In this document: piece by piece, positions 1 through 6,992 of the stretch
How positions within the stretch are numbered: position 1 is the first letter of the stretch
How the letters are laid out: every line of letters starts with the position of its first letter
IMG/VR virus record: IMGVR_UViG_2537562231_000012
Span: 1 to 6,992 of that record
Length of the DNA stretch: 6,992 nt
Source of the DNA: a virus
Taxonomy: Duplodnaviria > Heunggongvirae > Uroviricota > Caudoviricetes
Direction: 5' to 3' (one strand)
The notes under the pieces: model-generated
Databases searched by the model: none
Seen by the model: the letters and a program-made list of their open reading frames with translations, nothing else
What the model was told of the DNA's origin: nothing
Made by a program: the position numbers and the translations under genes

Positions 1-2247
1 TGCCTCCGAAAACCAGAACTCAAACTGTACCGTCGGGTCATACACCGCAAGACGCGGGACCGCTGTTATCTGAAAATAGCCCGGTGTCAGTTCAATCGTG
101 GCGGGTACCGCAGGTGCATTAATCCTGAACGTGGTGGTGGCCGGTTCCCCCTGCTGGCCATAACTGTTAATTGCCCTGACTGTCAGGGTGTATTCCCCGA
201 GCGGCAGACCACTGAAACGATGCTCTGTATCCGCAGTGATGGCGGTGGTCACCAGACGGCTGTCCTGACCGCTTCCACTGGTCAGGCGCAGACTGAAGCG
301 CACGCCCTTCACCACCCGCGGCGTGTCCCATTTCGCCTGCGCCAGATACTGGCCGTCAGCTGCGCTCACCTCCACCGTCAGGTGCTGCACTGCCGGAGGG
401 ATGACGCTGTTCAGGGTGCCTGACTGCGGCTCAAAGCTGGCCCCGTTATCCACGATGGCTTCTTTCTCCGGCACATGCTGCACTGCCGTGATGGCAAAGG
501 TACCGTCCGTGTTTTCCCGGATGGAAACACAGCGGAACAGGCGACGACGCAGTGACGGCAGGGAGAGTCCCCACACACCGTATGTCTCCACACCATCAGG
601 CAGGGTGCTGACCTGTATCCGGTCAGGCGCGGGGTGTGCAGTGATGGCCACGCTCACCGGCTTACCGCTGCCGTTAATCAGATTAACAGTGGCCGCACCG
701 GTCTCCGGCAGGGTCACCTCCCGGTCCAGCGTCAGGGTACGGCTGGCGGCATCGATGGACAGGACACGTCCGCCGGTCATGGTCCCGGCATAGTCGTTAT
801 CACAGATTTCAATGATGTCACCGGGTGTGTGACGCAGCCCCTGTGACCCGAGCGTGAAATCCACCGTCTGCGTTTCCAGCAGTCCGGTCTTTATCACCCA
901 CAGCCCGGCACGGTGGGCCTGACCGCGACTGGTGCAGCCGAACGCATCCATCTTCAGCAGGTTGCGCCCGTAGCGCAGTATGGCTTCCGGGTCTTCCACC
1001 AGTTCCGTGGAGGTCTGCCAGCCGTTCTGCGGGTCGGTGTAATTCACCTCCACCGCCGTGTGGCGGTCCTTCAGGGCGCTGAAGCTGTAGCGAAACCCCA
1101 CGCCGTTATCATCCACCACCACATCGCAGTTGGTGTACGGCCACACCACATCCGACGGGCGGTCCTGAACGAACGTCAGCGTCTGGCCGTTCCATACCGG
1201 CATACAGCGCATCGCCGAGCAGAAATCACTGAGAACGTCCCACGCCTTACGCTGTTGTGACAGGTACGCATTAAAGGTCATCCGCGGCTCTGTGCCCCCG
1301 AAACCATCCGGGACCGTCTGGTCGCAGTACTGCGCAATGGCATACAGCGCCCATTTGTCCACGTCTGCCGCCCCCAGACGTTTTCCCATGCCGTAGCGCG
1401 GGTGAGTCAGCATGTCCCACAGGCACCAGGCCGGGTTGTTGCTGTATGCCGGTTTCAGGCTGCCGTCCCAGATGCCGCTGTAAGTGCGTTTTTCCGGGTC
1501 ATAGTTTGACGGTACCTGGATGATGCGACCGCGGATATGGTAGTTCACCGTCATCTGCTGACCGCCAAACTGCTCCGCATCCACCTGCAGCCCCACAATC
1601 GCCGTGTTCGGGTAGCACTGTTTCACATCGATGATTTCGGTGTATGACGACCAGAGCGTCTTATTCTGCAGCTGGTCCGAGGTGCTGTCCGCTGTCTCCC
1701 GGACCATCCGGATGTTAAAGGGCCGCTCAGGCAGATTATCCAGAATCACCGACGCCAGAAACTGCGAGGTGGTCTTGCCGTTAATGGTGACATCCTTTTC
1801 CGTCACCCAGTTACCGTTACGCTGTAACTGAATCAGCAGGCGGACGGATGTCGGGTTTCGGTCACCCTTTGACGTGGTCTGCACCAGTGACTGCACCCCG
1901 AAGGTGACCCGCAGGCGGTCAATGTTCGCGGATGTAATGGTGCGCGTCACCGGCTTTGCCTTCGTCACTTCCACGCCCAGTGCGGTTTCCGCCCCGGAGG
2001 ACTCAAAGCCTTCAGGTGGTGTCTGCTCCTGCTCCCCGGCGCGCCAGACCGCGGTCACACCGTGTATCACGGGATTACCGTCCGTGTCCGTCAGCGGGGT
2101 TTTGTTCACCAGGATACTCTGCAACCCCTTCACCGGACCTTCAATCGGCCCTTCACCAATGGCATCAATCACACTCATCATCTGCGTGGATTTGAGATTA
2201 TCCTTCGCCTCTCGAGGCGTGTGCGCCCTGCCGCCACCTTTGCCCAT
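1..2247 (-). CDS. J: Tail tip / central tail fibre protein J (host specificity protein), N-terminal ~749 codons; C-terminal receptor-binding part lies beyond the window start
   Basis: Minus-strand frame with ATG at 2247..2245 (preceded by AAAGGGTGAGACA, SD-like GGTGAG). I translated the N-terminus by hand as [49 protein letters not shown], and the codons at 60..1 as [20 protein letters not shown], both matching the lambda J family as I recall it. The ORF runs off the window edge without a stop, which is why it is absent from the Met-to-stop ORF track. Position directly after I matches lambda gene order. Confidence 0.9.
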   Translation of the reverse strand, partial: MGKGGGRAHTPREAKDNLKSTQMMSVIDAIGEGPIEGPVKGLQSILVNKTPLTDTDGNPVIHGVTAVWRAGEQEQTPPEGFESSGAETALGVEVTKAKPVTRTITSANIDRLRVTFGVQSLVQTTSKGDRNPTSVRLLIQLQRNGNWVTEKDVTINGKTTSQFLASVILDNLPERPFNIRMVRETADSTSDQLQNKTLWSSYTEIIDVKQCYPNTAIVGLQVDAEQFGGQQMTVNYHIRGRIIQVPSNYDPEKRTYSGIWDGSLKPAYSNNPAWCLWDMLTHPRYGMGKRLGAADVDKWALYAIAQYCDQTVPDGFGGTEPRMTFNAYLSQQRKAWDVLSDFCSAMRCMPVWNGQTLTFVQDRPSDVVWPYTNCDVVVDDNGVGFRYSFSALKDRHTAVEVNYTDPQNGWQTSTELVEDPEAILRYGRNLLKMDAFGCTSRGQAHRAGLWVIKTGLLETQTVDFTLGSQGLRHTPGDIIEICDNDYAGTMTGGRVLSIDAASRTLTLDREVTLPETGAATVNLINGSGKPVSVAITAHPAPDRIQVSTLPDGVETYGVWGLSLPSLRRRLFRCVSIRENTDGTFAITAVQHVPEKEAIVDNGASFEPQSGTLNSVIPPAVQHLTVEVSAADGQYLAQAKWDTPRVVKGVRFSLRLTSGSGQDSRLVTTAITADTEHRFSGLPLGEYTLTVRAINSYGQQGEPATTTFRINAPAVPATIELTPGYFQITAVPRLAVYDPTVQFEFWFSEA

Positions 2248-2278
2248 TGTCTCACCCTTTACTGTGATAACTGTTACG

Positions 2279-2312
2279 CACAAAAACAACAGGCATCCCT
2301 GAGGATGCCTGT
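2279..2312 (-). terminator. Terminator-like hairpin on the late-gene sense strand: 9-10 bp perfect stem (plus-strand CAGGCATCC / loop CTGA / GGATGCCTG at 2290..2311), followed on the minus strand by UGUUUUUGUG
   Basis: Perfect inverted repeat read directly from the sequence; U-rich tail only in the minus-strand orientation; ends about 30 nt upstream of the J ATG. Could act as an attenuator or RNA-processing/stability element rather than a full terminator, since J must be expressed. Confidence 0.3.
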
Positions 2313-2341
2313 ATCATCACTGAATAAAACTTCTGAATATC

Positions 2342-2377
2342 TTCACATTTTCACAAACTGACTGTGGTGCTAATAAT
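2342..2377 (+). promoter_or_regulatory. Candidate sigma70-like promoter on the plus strand (antisense to the late operon): TTCACA at 2350..2355 (second copy at 2342..2347), 16-nt spacer, AATAAT at 2372..2377 with TG at 2368..2369
   Basis: Hexamer matches 5/6 and 5/6 to TTGACA/TATAAT by eye, in an AT-rich context where chance matches are common. Positioned about 60-90 nt upstream of the plus-strand terminator at 2442..2474. Confidence 0.15.
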
Positions 2378-2441
2378 TTCTCTGTGTTAATGTTTTTGTC
2401 GTGACATAAGAATAATTCCTTACACTTAATCTTCGTAACGC

Positions 2442-2474
2442 TCCCGCAGTTCCGCAACTCTGCGGGATTTTTTT
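2442..2474 (+). terminator. Rho-independent terminator-like hairpin on the plus strand: stem TCCCGCAG (2442..2449) / 10-nt loop / CTGCGGGA (2460..2467) followed by T7 (2468..2474)
   Basis: 8-bp GC-rich perfect stem immediately followed by seven T on the plus strand; on the minus strand the same hairpin is preceded by A7 and lacks a U-tail. Lies just downstream of the I stop codon (2482..2484) on the opposite strand; my reading here agrees with the ORF-track translation of the overlapping 80-aa frame. Confidence 0.4.
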
Positions 2475-2481
2475 ATTCTTT

Positions 2482-3162
2482 TTACCCCTGCCGCCCGATA
2501 ACCACGACCTTTCCGCCCCCGCCTTCATCACGGGTGCTGATGTCCTGGGATATCCGTCGTGAACCAACCAGCATTTCCCCGTAAGGCACCGGCATCGGGT
2601 TCCCCTGGGCAATCATATTGTCCAGTGACGAAAAATACGTGTTCTGTTTACCGTTATCCGTTGCGCGGTAATCCGGTGTTTTTGCCTTCGGTGCCAGCAT
2701 CTGGGCCACACCACCCAGAATCATACTGGCACCCAGTGAAAACAGCATCGTGGTGGCAGAAAAACCACCGGCACTCAGGGCTGTACCCCATAACGCCATC
2801 GAGCCTCCGGCAGTGAAGAAAGAGCCCACGATGGCTGCCGCCCCCAGCACAATCTGCAGTCCACCCTTTCCGGCTCCGGCCAGTCGCGGCACAATATGGA
2901 TAACCGTTCCCTCACCCAGTTGTTCGTGAAGGCGGGCATACACCACCTCCGGTGCCGTGTCCTCACCGCGAATACGTATCTGGTACCACCCTTCGTTCAT
3001 CTGACGGCGGAATCCCGGCACCTGTAACGACAGCGCCCGGATGGCTTCCGCTGCCGTGTTCACATACAGGCTGAGGCGGCTGCCAAATCGTTGTAAATCC
3101 CCGTGAAGGCAGATGCGTGCCAGTGGCGGTGACGCCAGACAGAATGCGTTCGTCGTTGCCAT
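2482..3162 (-). CDS. I: Tail tip assembly protein I (226 aa); N-terminal ubiquitin-like (beta-grasp) region, central Gly/Ala-rich hydrophobic segment
   Basis: ORF-track 226-aa protein MATTNAF...VVVIGRQG with strong resemblance to lambda gpI as I recall it; start overlaps the 3' end of K in another frame, as in lambda; SD-like GGAGAGG about 11 nt upstream of the ATG. Confidence 0.92.
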   Translation of the reverse strand: MATTNAFCLASPPLARICLHGDLQRFGSRLSLYVNTAAEAIRALSLQVPGFRRQMNEGWYQIRIRGEDTAPEVVYARLHEQLGEGTVIHIVPRLAGAGKGGLQIVLGAAAIVGSFFTAGGSMALWGTALSAGGFSATTMLFSLGASMILGGVAQMLAPKAKTPDYRATDNGKQNTYFSSLDNMIAQGNPMPVPYGEMLVGSRRISQDISTRDEGGGGKVVVIGRQG

Positions 3163-3803
3163 TTTTCGGAATACCTCTCCCGTTTACTCAGTTGTTCAGG
3201 CAGATGGTGAAGCAGCTCACCGTTGCCGCAGTAAATGGCGGCATGGTTCGGTACCGAAGCACCAAAGCAGCACAGCAGAATATCGCCCGCCTGTGCAGAG
3301 GACAGGGGCACCCGGTAAAAGCCGGTGACCGCCATATTGTCCAGGTAAAGGTTCTGACCGTTGCGCCACCAGTCATCCTCGCGATGAAAATCCGGCATTT
3401 CAGTCCCCGCCAGATGATAAGCATCCCGGAACAGCGTGTAACAGTCCGTCACCCCGTGCTCAAAGCGCCGTCCTGTCAGATGTGGCACACAGCGGAATTT
3501 GTGAATGTCACCCCGGCAGACCAGCCACCAGGGCAGTGCGCTTTTTATCTGCAGCCGCCGGTCAGCCTCGCTCAGCCAGGGCAGCCCACCGGGATGACTG
3601 TGGACCAGTGCCACAATCTCCCCCTGCATCTCTGCCCGCAGCCAGTCTTCCGGTGCGATACGAAAATACGCCTCCGGCTCTGCGGAAATATTCACACAAG
3701 GGATATACCGCTCCCCCTCCGGCGTGCTTATCACGAAGCCGCACGACTCCGCAGGCGCACACCGCCGGGCATGTGCCAGAATCGCTGATTCAGTCTGTGT
3801 CAT
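3060..3803 (-). CDS. K: Tail tip assembly protein K (247 aa as the longest frame from ATG 3803): N-terminal JAB/MPN (JAMM) metallopeptidase-like domain plus C-terminal NlpC/P60-like cysteine peptidase domain
   Basis: Part of the 334-aa track ORF 3060..4064; I translated MTQTESAI from the ATG at 3803..3801, 10 nt after the L stop. JAMM motif H68-S-H70-x7-S78-x2-D81 (HSHPGGLPWLSEAD) is at about 3561..3602; candidate catalytic Glu in AESCGFVI (E19). NlpC/P60-like Cys in VTDCYTLF and His in PNHAAIY. Start codon choice is uncertain (no SD before 3803). Confidence 0.88.
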   Translation of the reverse strand: MTQTESAILAHARRCAPAESCGFVISTPEGERYIPCVNISAEPEAYFRIAPEDWLRAEMQGEIVALVHSHPGGLPWLSEADRRLQIKSALPWWLVCRGDIHKFRCVPHLTGRRFEHGVTDCYTLFRDAYHLAGTEMPDFHREDDWWRNGQNLYLDNMAVTGFYRVPLSSAQAGDILLCCFGASVPNHAAIYCGNGELLHHLPEQLSKRERYSEKWQRRTHSVWRHRHWHASAFTGIYNDLAAASACM

Positions 3804-3813
3804 AAACCGGGAT

Positions 3814-4512
3814 TTACTGCGAAAGTTTATTAATGGAAAGGAAACCGCCAAAATTGCCGACATTCCTGCGCAGTTCACACCCACGCATGCACTTGCTGCA
3901 TCTGTCCTTACGGATATCCGTGGTGGGGTTGTCGAACTCATCCGCCACCGCAGGACCGTTATACCCGCATTCATCTCCCCGGTAATCCCACATACAGGTA
4001 TTCGCCAGCATAATGCGACCGGGAAACAGCGCTCCGTCCGTCTCCGTCGGTGTTGCCAGCACAAACGAGGCTGTCATGGCCGTCAGCTCTGACATCTGCT
4101 CCACCACCCAGCGGTCGCTCAGCTCCTGCTCCGGGTCCGCTTCCGGATTGCCCGCCACAAAATTCACCGCATCCAGAAAACGGGCATACACCCGGCGGCG
4201 GACCACCGTGGCCCCCACCAGGCTCTGCAGGTCCTCCGCCATTCCGGTGACCAGACCGAACAGATTCGACACCGTCAGCGACGGGCGGGCACTGCTACCC
4301 TTCCCGTTCATCTCAAAACCGCTGCCGTCAATCGGGTATGCCTGATATTGCCGCCCCTGCCAGGTGACCGCCTCCCCTTTTTCATTCAGCTCATTGCAGA
4401 AAAAATACCGCTCACCACCCTGTACCGTCAGGTCGATTTCCCAGAGTACCACCCGCGGTGACTGCTCTGATTTAACCGACTCGTTCAGACTTTCTTCGTG
4501 AATATCCTGCAT
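3814..4512 (-). CDS. L: Minor tail protein L (232 aa), tail tip complex component
   Basis: ORF-track 232-aa protein MQDIHEESLNESVKSEQSPRVVLWEIDLTVQGG..., the lambda gpL family by recollection, including the C-terminal Cys-rich stretch (CSKCMRGC); the ATG at 4512..4510 shares one base with the M stop (TGATG on the minus strand). Confidence 0.95.
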   Translation of the reverse strand: MQDIHEESLNESVKSEQSPRVVLWEIDLTVQGGERYFFCNELNEKGEAVTWQGRQYQAYPIDGSGFEMNGKGSSARPSLTVSNLFGLVTGMAEDLQSLVGATVVRRRVYARFLDAVNFVAGNPEADPEQELSDRWVVEQMSELTAMTASFVLATPTETDGALFPGRIMLANTCMWDYRGDECGYNGPAVADEFDNPTTDIRKDRCSKCMRGCELRRNVGNFGGFLSINKLSQ

Positions 4513-4841
4513 CAGTTCACCACCTGCTTAAACTCGGCACTGAATTCAACCCGCAGCATGCGAACCCGTGATGACCAGGCGGCACAGGTCACCTTTATCT
4601 GCCGCCAGGCATAAGGCGGTGTCCACAGAAACGCCTTCCAGCCACCGTGCTCTGCCAGGAACGCTTCCAGATGCCGGGCCTCCTCCCGGGTCACGGAAAG
4701 CGTCACACGGTATGTTTTCAGGTCAGCATTCAGCCCTGCCGCCATACGCTGTGAGTACCCGTCACCAAAACGCACTTCACGCACCGACGGCTGCGAGTTC
4801 ACCTCCATATCCGGCTTCACTTTCCAGCGAAATGTTTTCAT
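4512..4841 (-). CDS. M: Minor tail protein M (109 aa)
   Basis: ORF-track 109-aa protein MKTFRWKVKPDMEVNSQPSVREVRFGDGYSQR..., the lambda gpM family by recollection; its ATG (4841..4839) overlaps the H stop TGA (4840..4838) as ATGA. Confidence 0.95.
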   Translation of the reverse strand: MKTFRWKVKPDMEVNSQPSVREVRFGDGYSQRMAAGLNADLKTYRVTLSVTREEARHLEAFLAEHGGWKAFLWTPPYAWRQIKVTCAAWSSRVRMLRVEFSAEFKQVVN

Positions 4842-6992
4842 CGCCCGCTCCCCGATAACATACCGCCATCACGCAACTGCAGCCGGAGCTCATCCTGCGC
4901 CCCCTTGCGGGCCATGTCATACACCGCCTTCATCAGCTGCGGCCCCGCCTGTCCGTTGATACCGTCGTTCTGAATCACCACGTTGTTGTTCTGCTCAAAT
5001 CTGATACCCTCTGAACGCCGCATCTGCGCCGGACTTCCGGCACCGCCCACATAACCACCTTCCGCATAGCCCCGCATCAGGCGGTACAGGTTGCCGACGC
5101 CAATCCGGCTGGTTGCCTCCTTCGTGAAGACAAATTCACCACGGTGAACAATCCCCGCTGGCTCATATTTGCCGCCGGTTCCCGTAAATCCTCCGGTTGC
5201 AAAATGGAATTTCGCCGCAGCGGCCTGAATGGCTGTACCGCCTGACGCGGATGCGCCGCCACCAACAGCACCGCCAATGGCGCTGCCGATACTCCCGACA
5301 ATCCCCACCATTGCCTGCTTCAGAAAAATCTCTGTCAGCATGGAGAGCACAGAACGGGTGAAACCACGCCAGCTCTGTTCGCTGCCGGTCAGCATCGCTG
5401 CCATATTCTGTGCAATACCGTCAAAGGTCTGCGTGGCCACGCTTTTAACCTGCGAAAAACTGTCCGTCGCACTTTCCGCCCACTCGCCCCAGCCGGACTT
5501 CAGACCGGCCATCCAGCTTCCACGAAGCTGCTCCTCCGCAGACCAGGTGTTCTTCAGTGCAGATGTGGCCTTCGCCAGCGCAGCCGGATTATCACCGTAC
5601 ACCTCACGAAGGCGCTGCTCTTCCGACTCCCGCTGCGCCTGACGGTCGGTGAGGCCGCGGGCTTTTGCGCTGATGGCTGCCTGCTTCGCGCTCTGCTGCT
5701 GTTCAAACCGCGCCGCCTGCTGTGCCAGCTCATTCAGCCGTTTCTGGTGTTCAACCTTGTCGCCAAGCTCAGCCAGCTGGCGTTTGTACTCCAGCGTCTC
5801 TTTCTCATGGGTCAGCAGGGATTTTTCCTGCTCAGATAACTGCCGTTTCGTGGCTGCCTCTTTCAGGACCGCATACTGATTTTCCGCTTTCCATAAATCG
5901 CGACGCTGCTGGCTGATTTTCCCATTCGCACCGCTGTGTTTTTCCAGCGTCCGGAGCTCGGTTTCAAGCGCCAGCAGGGCAGCATGCGCCTGGTCTTCCT
6001 GACGCTCACCGGCTGACACTTTGACTCCTGACGACTTCGGCTTTTTCAGCGTTGATTCATAATCCTTTTTCGCCGCCGCCATCAGCGTGTTGTAATCCGC
6101 CTGCAGGATTTTCCCGTCTTTCAGGGCCTTATTCAGTTCTTCCTGACGGGCGGTATATTTCTCCAGCGGCGTCAGCAGACGCTCATACGCCTTCTGCGCC
6201 TCTCCGGTATACTTCAGCTGTGATGCGTCCCGTTCGGCCCGGTCCCTGGCGGCCAGTTCACCGGCTTTTTCCATATCCGACTGCAGCGTGGCCGCTGCCA
6301 GCCCCAGACGGGCATTTTCCCGGTCATTCCATGCGCCCTGCAGGTTGGCACGGAAAGAGGAGGTCTTTCCCCGGCGCTGGCTCCGGCTCTGGTACCACTG
6401 CCATTTTTTATCCGCCTCATCGAATGCCTTCTGCGCACTGGCAAGCATATCCGCTGAGGATTCCGGACGACCAATATCCAGAATGGCATCCCACATCGAT
6501 TTGAACGCCTTCCCTGTTTTATCCGCCCAGGTCTCCAGCGTCCCCATGTTTTCTTTCAGGCGACGGGTCTGCTCATCAAAGCCTTTCGTGGCAGCATCGT
6601 TCGCCGCCTGTAAGGCCCCGGCCTCATCACCGGAACGCTGCAGCTGCGCAACATACGCAATCTGCTCTGCCGTCACGTTACGGAACTGGCGCGCCATCGC
6701 CATCAGTCCCGACGTCGGGTCGGTGGTCAGTTTTCCGAAAGCCTCTGCAACCTTGTCCACCTCCACACCGGATGCAGAAGCAAAACGCGCGACACTCTGG
6801 TTGATGGCATCAAACTGTTCACCACCACGCACACCGGCATTCACCAGGGCTGCCAGTGACTCTCTCGCCTGGTTAAACGTCAGCCCTGCTGCCTGCCCGG
6901 CTCTGGAGAGCGTCAGCATGCGATCGGCAGTCAGTCCGGACTGATTACCGGAAAGAACCAGGGTTTTATTAAACGCTGAAAGCGTGGAATCT
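4838..6992 (-). CDS. H: Tail tape measure protein H, C-terminal ~717 codons; the true start lies beyond the window end
   Basis: The track ORF 4838..6919 (693 aa) begins at an internal Met. I translated 6991..6920 by hand as DSTLSAFNKTLVLSGNQSGLTADR with no stop, so the frame continues to the window edge. Long charged Ala/Gln/Glu/Lys/Arg-rich helical region and a C-terminal Gly-rich hydrophobic segment (AMVGIVGSIGSAIGGAVGGGASASGG) are typical of tape measure proteins and of lambda gpH. Confidence 0.95.
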   Translation of the reverse strand, partial: DSTLSAFNKTLVLSGNQSGLTADRMLTLSRAGQAAGLTFNQARESLAALVNAGVRGGEQFDAINQSVARFASASGVEVDKVAEAFGKLTTDPTSGLMAMARQFRNVTAEQIAYVAQLQRSGDEAGALQAANDAATKGFDEQTRRLKENMGTLETWADKTGKAFKSMWDAILDIGRPESSADMLASAQKAFDEADKKWQWYQSRSQRRGKTSSFRANLQGAWNDRENARLGLAAATLQSDMEKAGELAARDRAERDASQLKYTGEAQKAYERLLTPLEKYTARQEELNKALKDGKILQADYNTLMAAAKKDYESTLKKPKSSGVKVSAGERQEDQAHAALLALETELRTLEKHSGANGKISQQRRDLWKAENQYAVLKEAATKRQLSEQEKSLLTHEKETLEYKRQLAELGDKVEHQKRLNELAQQAARFEQQQSAKQAAISAKARGLTDRQAQRESEEQRLREVYGDNPAALAKATSALKNTWSAEEQLRGSWMAGLKSGWGEWAESATDSFSQVKSVATQTFDGIAQNMAAMLTGSEQSWRGFTRSVLSMLTEIFLKQAMVGIVGSIGSAIGGAVGGGASASGGTAIQAAAAKFHFATGGFTGTGGKYEPAGIVHRGEFVFTKEATSRIGVGNLYRLMRGYAEGGYVGGAGSPAQMRRSEGIRFEQNNNVVIQNDGINGQAGPQLMKAVYDMARKGAQDELRLQLRDGGMLSGSGR

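Larger units (their letters stand above)
2248..2481. other. AT-rich non-coding island between I stop and J start (I counted 41 G+C in 2311..2440, about 32%)
   Basis: No convincing ORF in any frame; composition differs sharply from the flanking GC-rich structural genes; contains two hairpins and promoter-like hexamers (listed separately). All other junctions in this module are overlapping or 10 nt. Confidence 0.7.

Noticed and set aside
323-2302. Plus-strand ORFs of 115-156 aa (323..793, 913..1260, 1874..2302, and others) antisense to J
   Set aside because: They lie entirely opposite the well-supported J frame, their translations are low-complexity Ala/Arg/Pro/Ser/Thr-rich as expected for antisense frames of GC-rich coding DNA, and they have no RBS or recognisable domain.
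2062-2361. 99-aa plus-strand ORF spanning the J start and running into the AT-rich island
   Set aside because: Most of it is antisense to the J N-terminal codons; only its last 18 codons fall in the island, with no SD. More likely a chance open frame; the island is better explained as non-coding.
2370-2612. 80-aa minus-strand ORF overlapping the 3' end of I and the island
   Set aside because: It overlaps I in an alternative frame and reads through the hairpin and A/T tract (KKNKK); no RBS, and the composition is an artefact of the hairpin and T-run.
3117-3805. Plus-strand ORFs of 223 aa and 107 aa (the latter called from a GTG start) antisense to K
   Set aside because: Antisense to a gene with clear catalytic motifs; Pro/Ala/Arg-rich low-complexity translation; no independent support.
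4838-6919. Met at 6919 as the start of H (as implied by the ORF track)
   Set aside because: The frame stays open upstream to the window edge and continues with plausible tape-measure sequence, so this is an internal Met; the true start is outside the window.
5229-6944. Plus-strand ORFs antisense to H, including a 218-aa frame at 6288..6944
   Set aside because: Long antisense open frames are expected opposite a GC-rich, stop-poor gene such as the tape measure gene; translations are Ala/Ser/Pro/Arg-rich with no domain signal.
1-6992. A novel defence or accessory multi-gene system in this window
   Set aside because: The window is fully tiled by six co-directional tail genes of a well-known family with no unexplained ORFs; the only unexplained DNA is the 234-bp island, too small for a protein-based system.
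1-6992. CRISPR array, tRNA/rRNA genes, IS elements, or Chi (GCTGGTGG) sites
   Set aside because: No direct-repeat/spacer periodicity, no tRNA-like structures and no terminal inverted repeats were seen by eye. I did not find a Chi octamer, but my scan was manual and not exhaustive.

Overview
The window is the tail-tip/tape-measure end of a lambda-type (lambdoid siphovirus) late operon, all encoded on the minus strand in the order H (tape measure, 5' end outside the window) > M > L > K > I > J (3' end outside the window). I read the proteins as very close to the phage lambda H/M/L/K/I/J family; this is from memory of those proteins, not from a database search. Gene packing shows the classic coupling signatures: H stop overlaps M start, M stop overlaps L start, and K and I overlap by about 100 nt in different frames. 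I found no CRISPR array, tRNA/rRNA, transposase/integrase or recognisable defence-system ORF, so I do not think this window contains a new multi-gene system. The one stretch not explained by the structural genes is a 234-bp AT-rich island (about 32% GC in its core, against visibly GC-rich flanking ORFs) between the I stop and the J start. It carries two hairpins with U/T tracts facing opposite directions and a weak sigma70-like promoter, compatible with a roughly 90-nt antisense small RNA, a moron remnant or a mosaic junction. A second point is that the K reading frame opens 10 nt after the L stop and gives 247 aa, and the likely catalytic Glu of its JAB/MPN domain lies upstream of where the ~199-aa form I recall for lambda K would begin. 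CDS coordinates follow the supplied ORF track; hairpin and promoter coordinates were read by eye and are good to about ±2 nt, since my reading of one stretch near 3600 differed from the track by a base.
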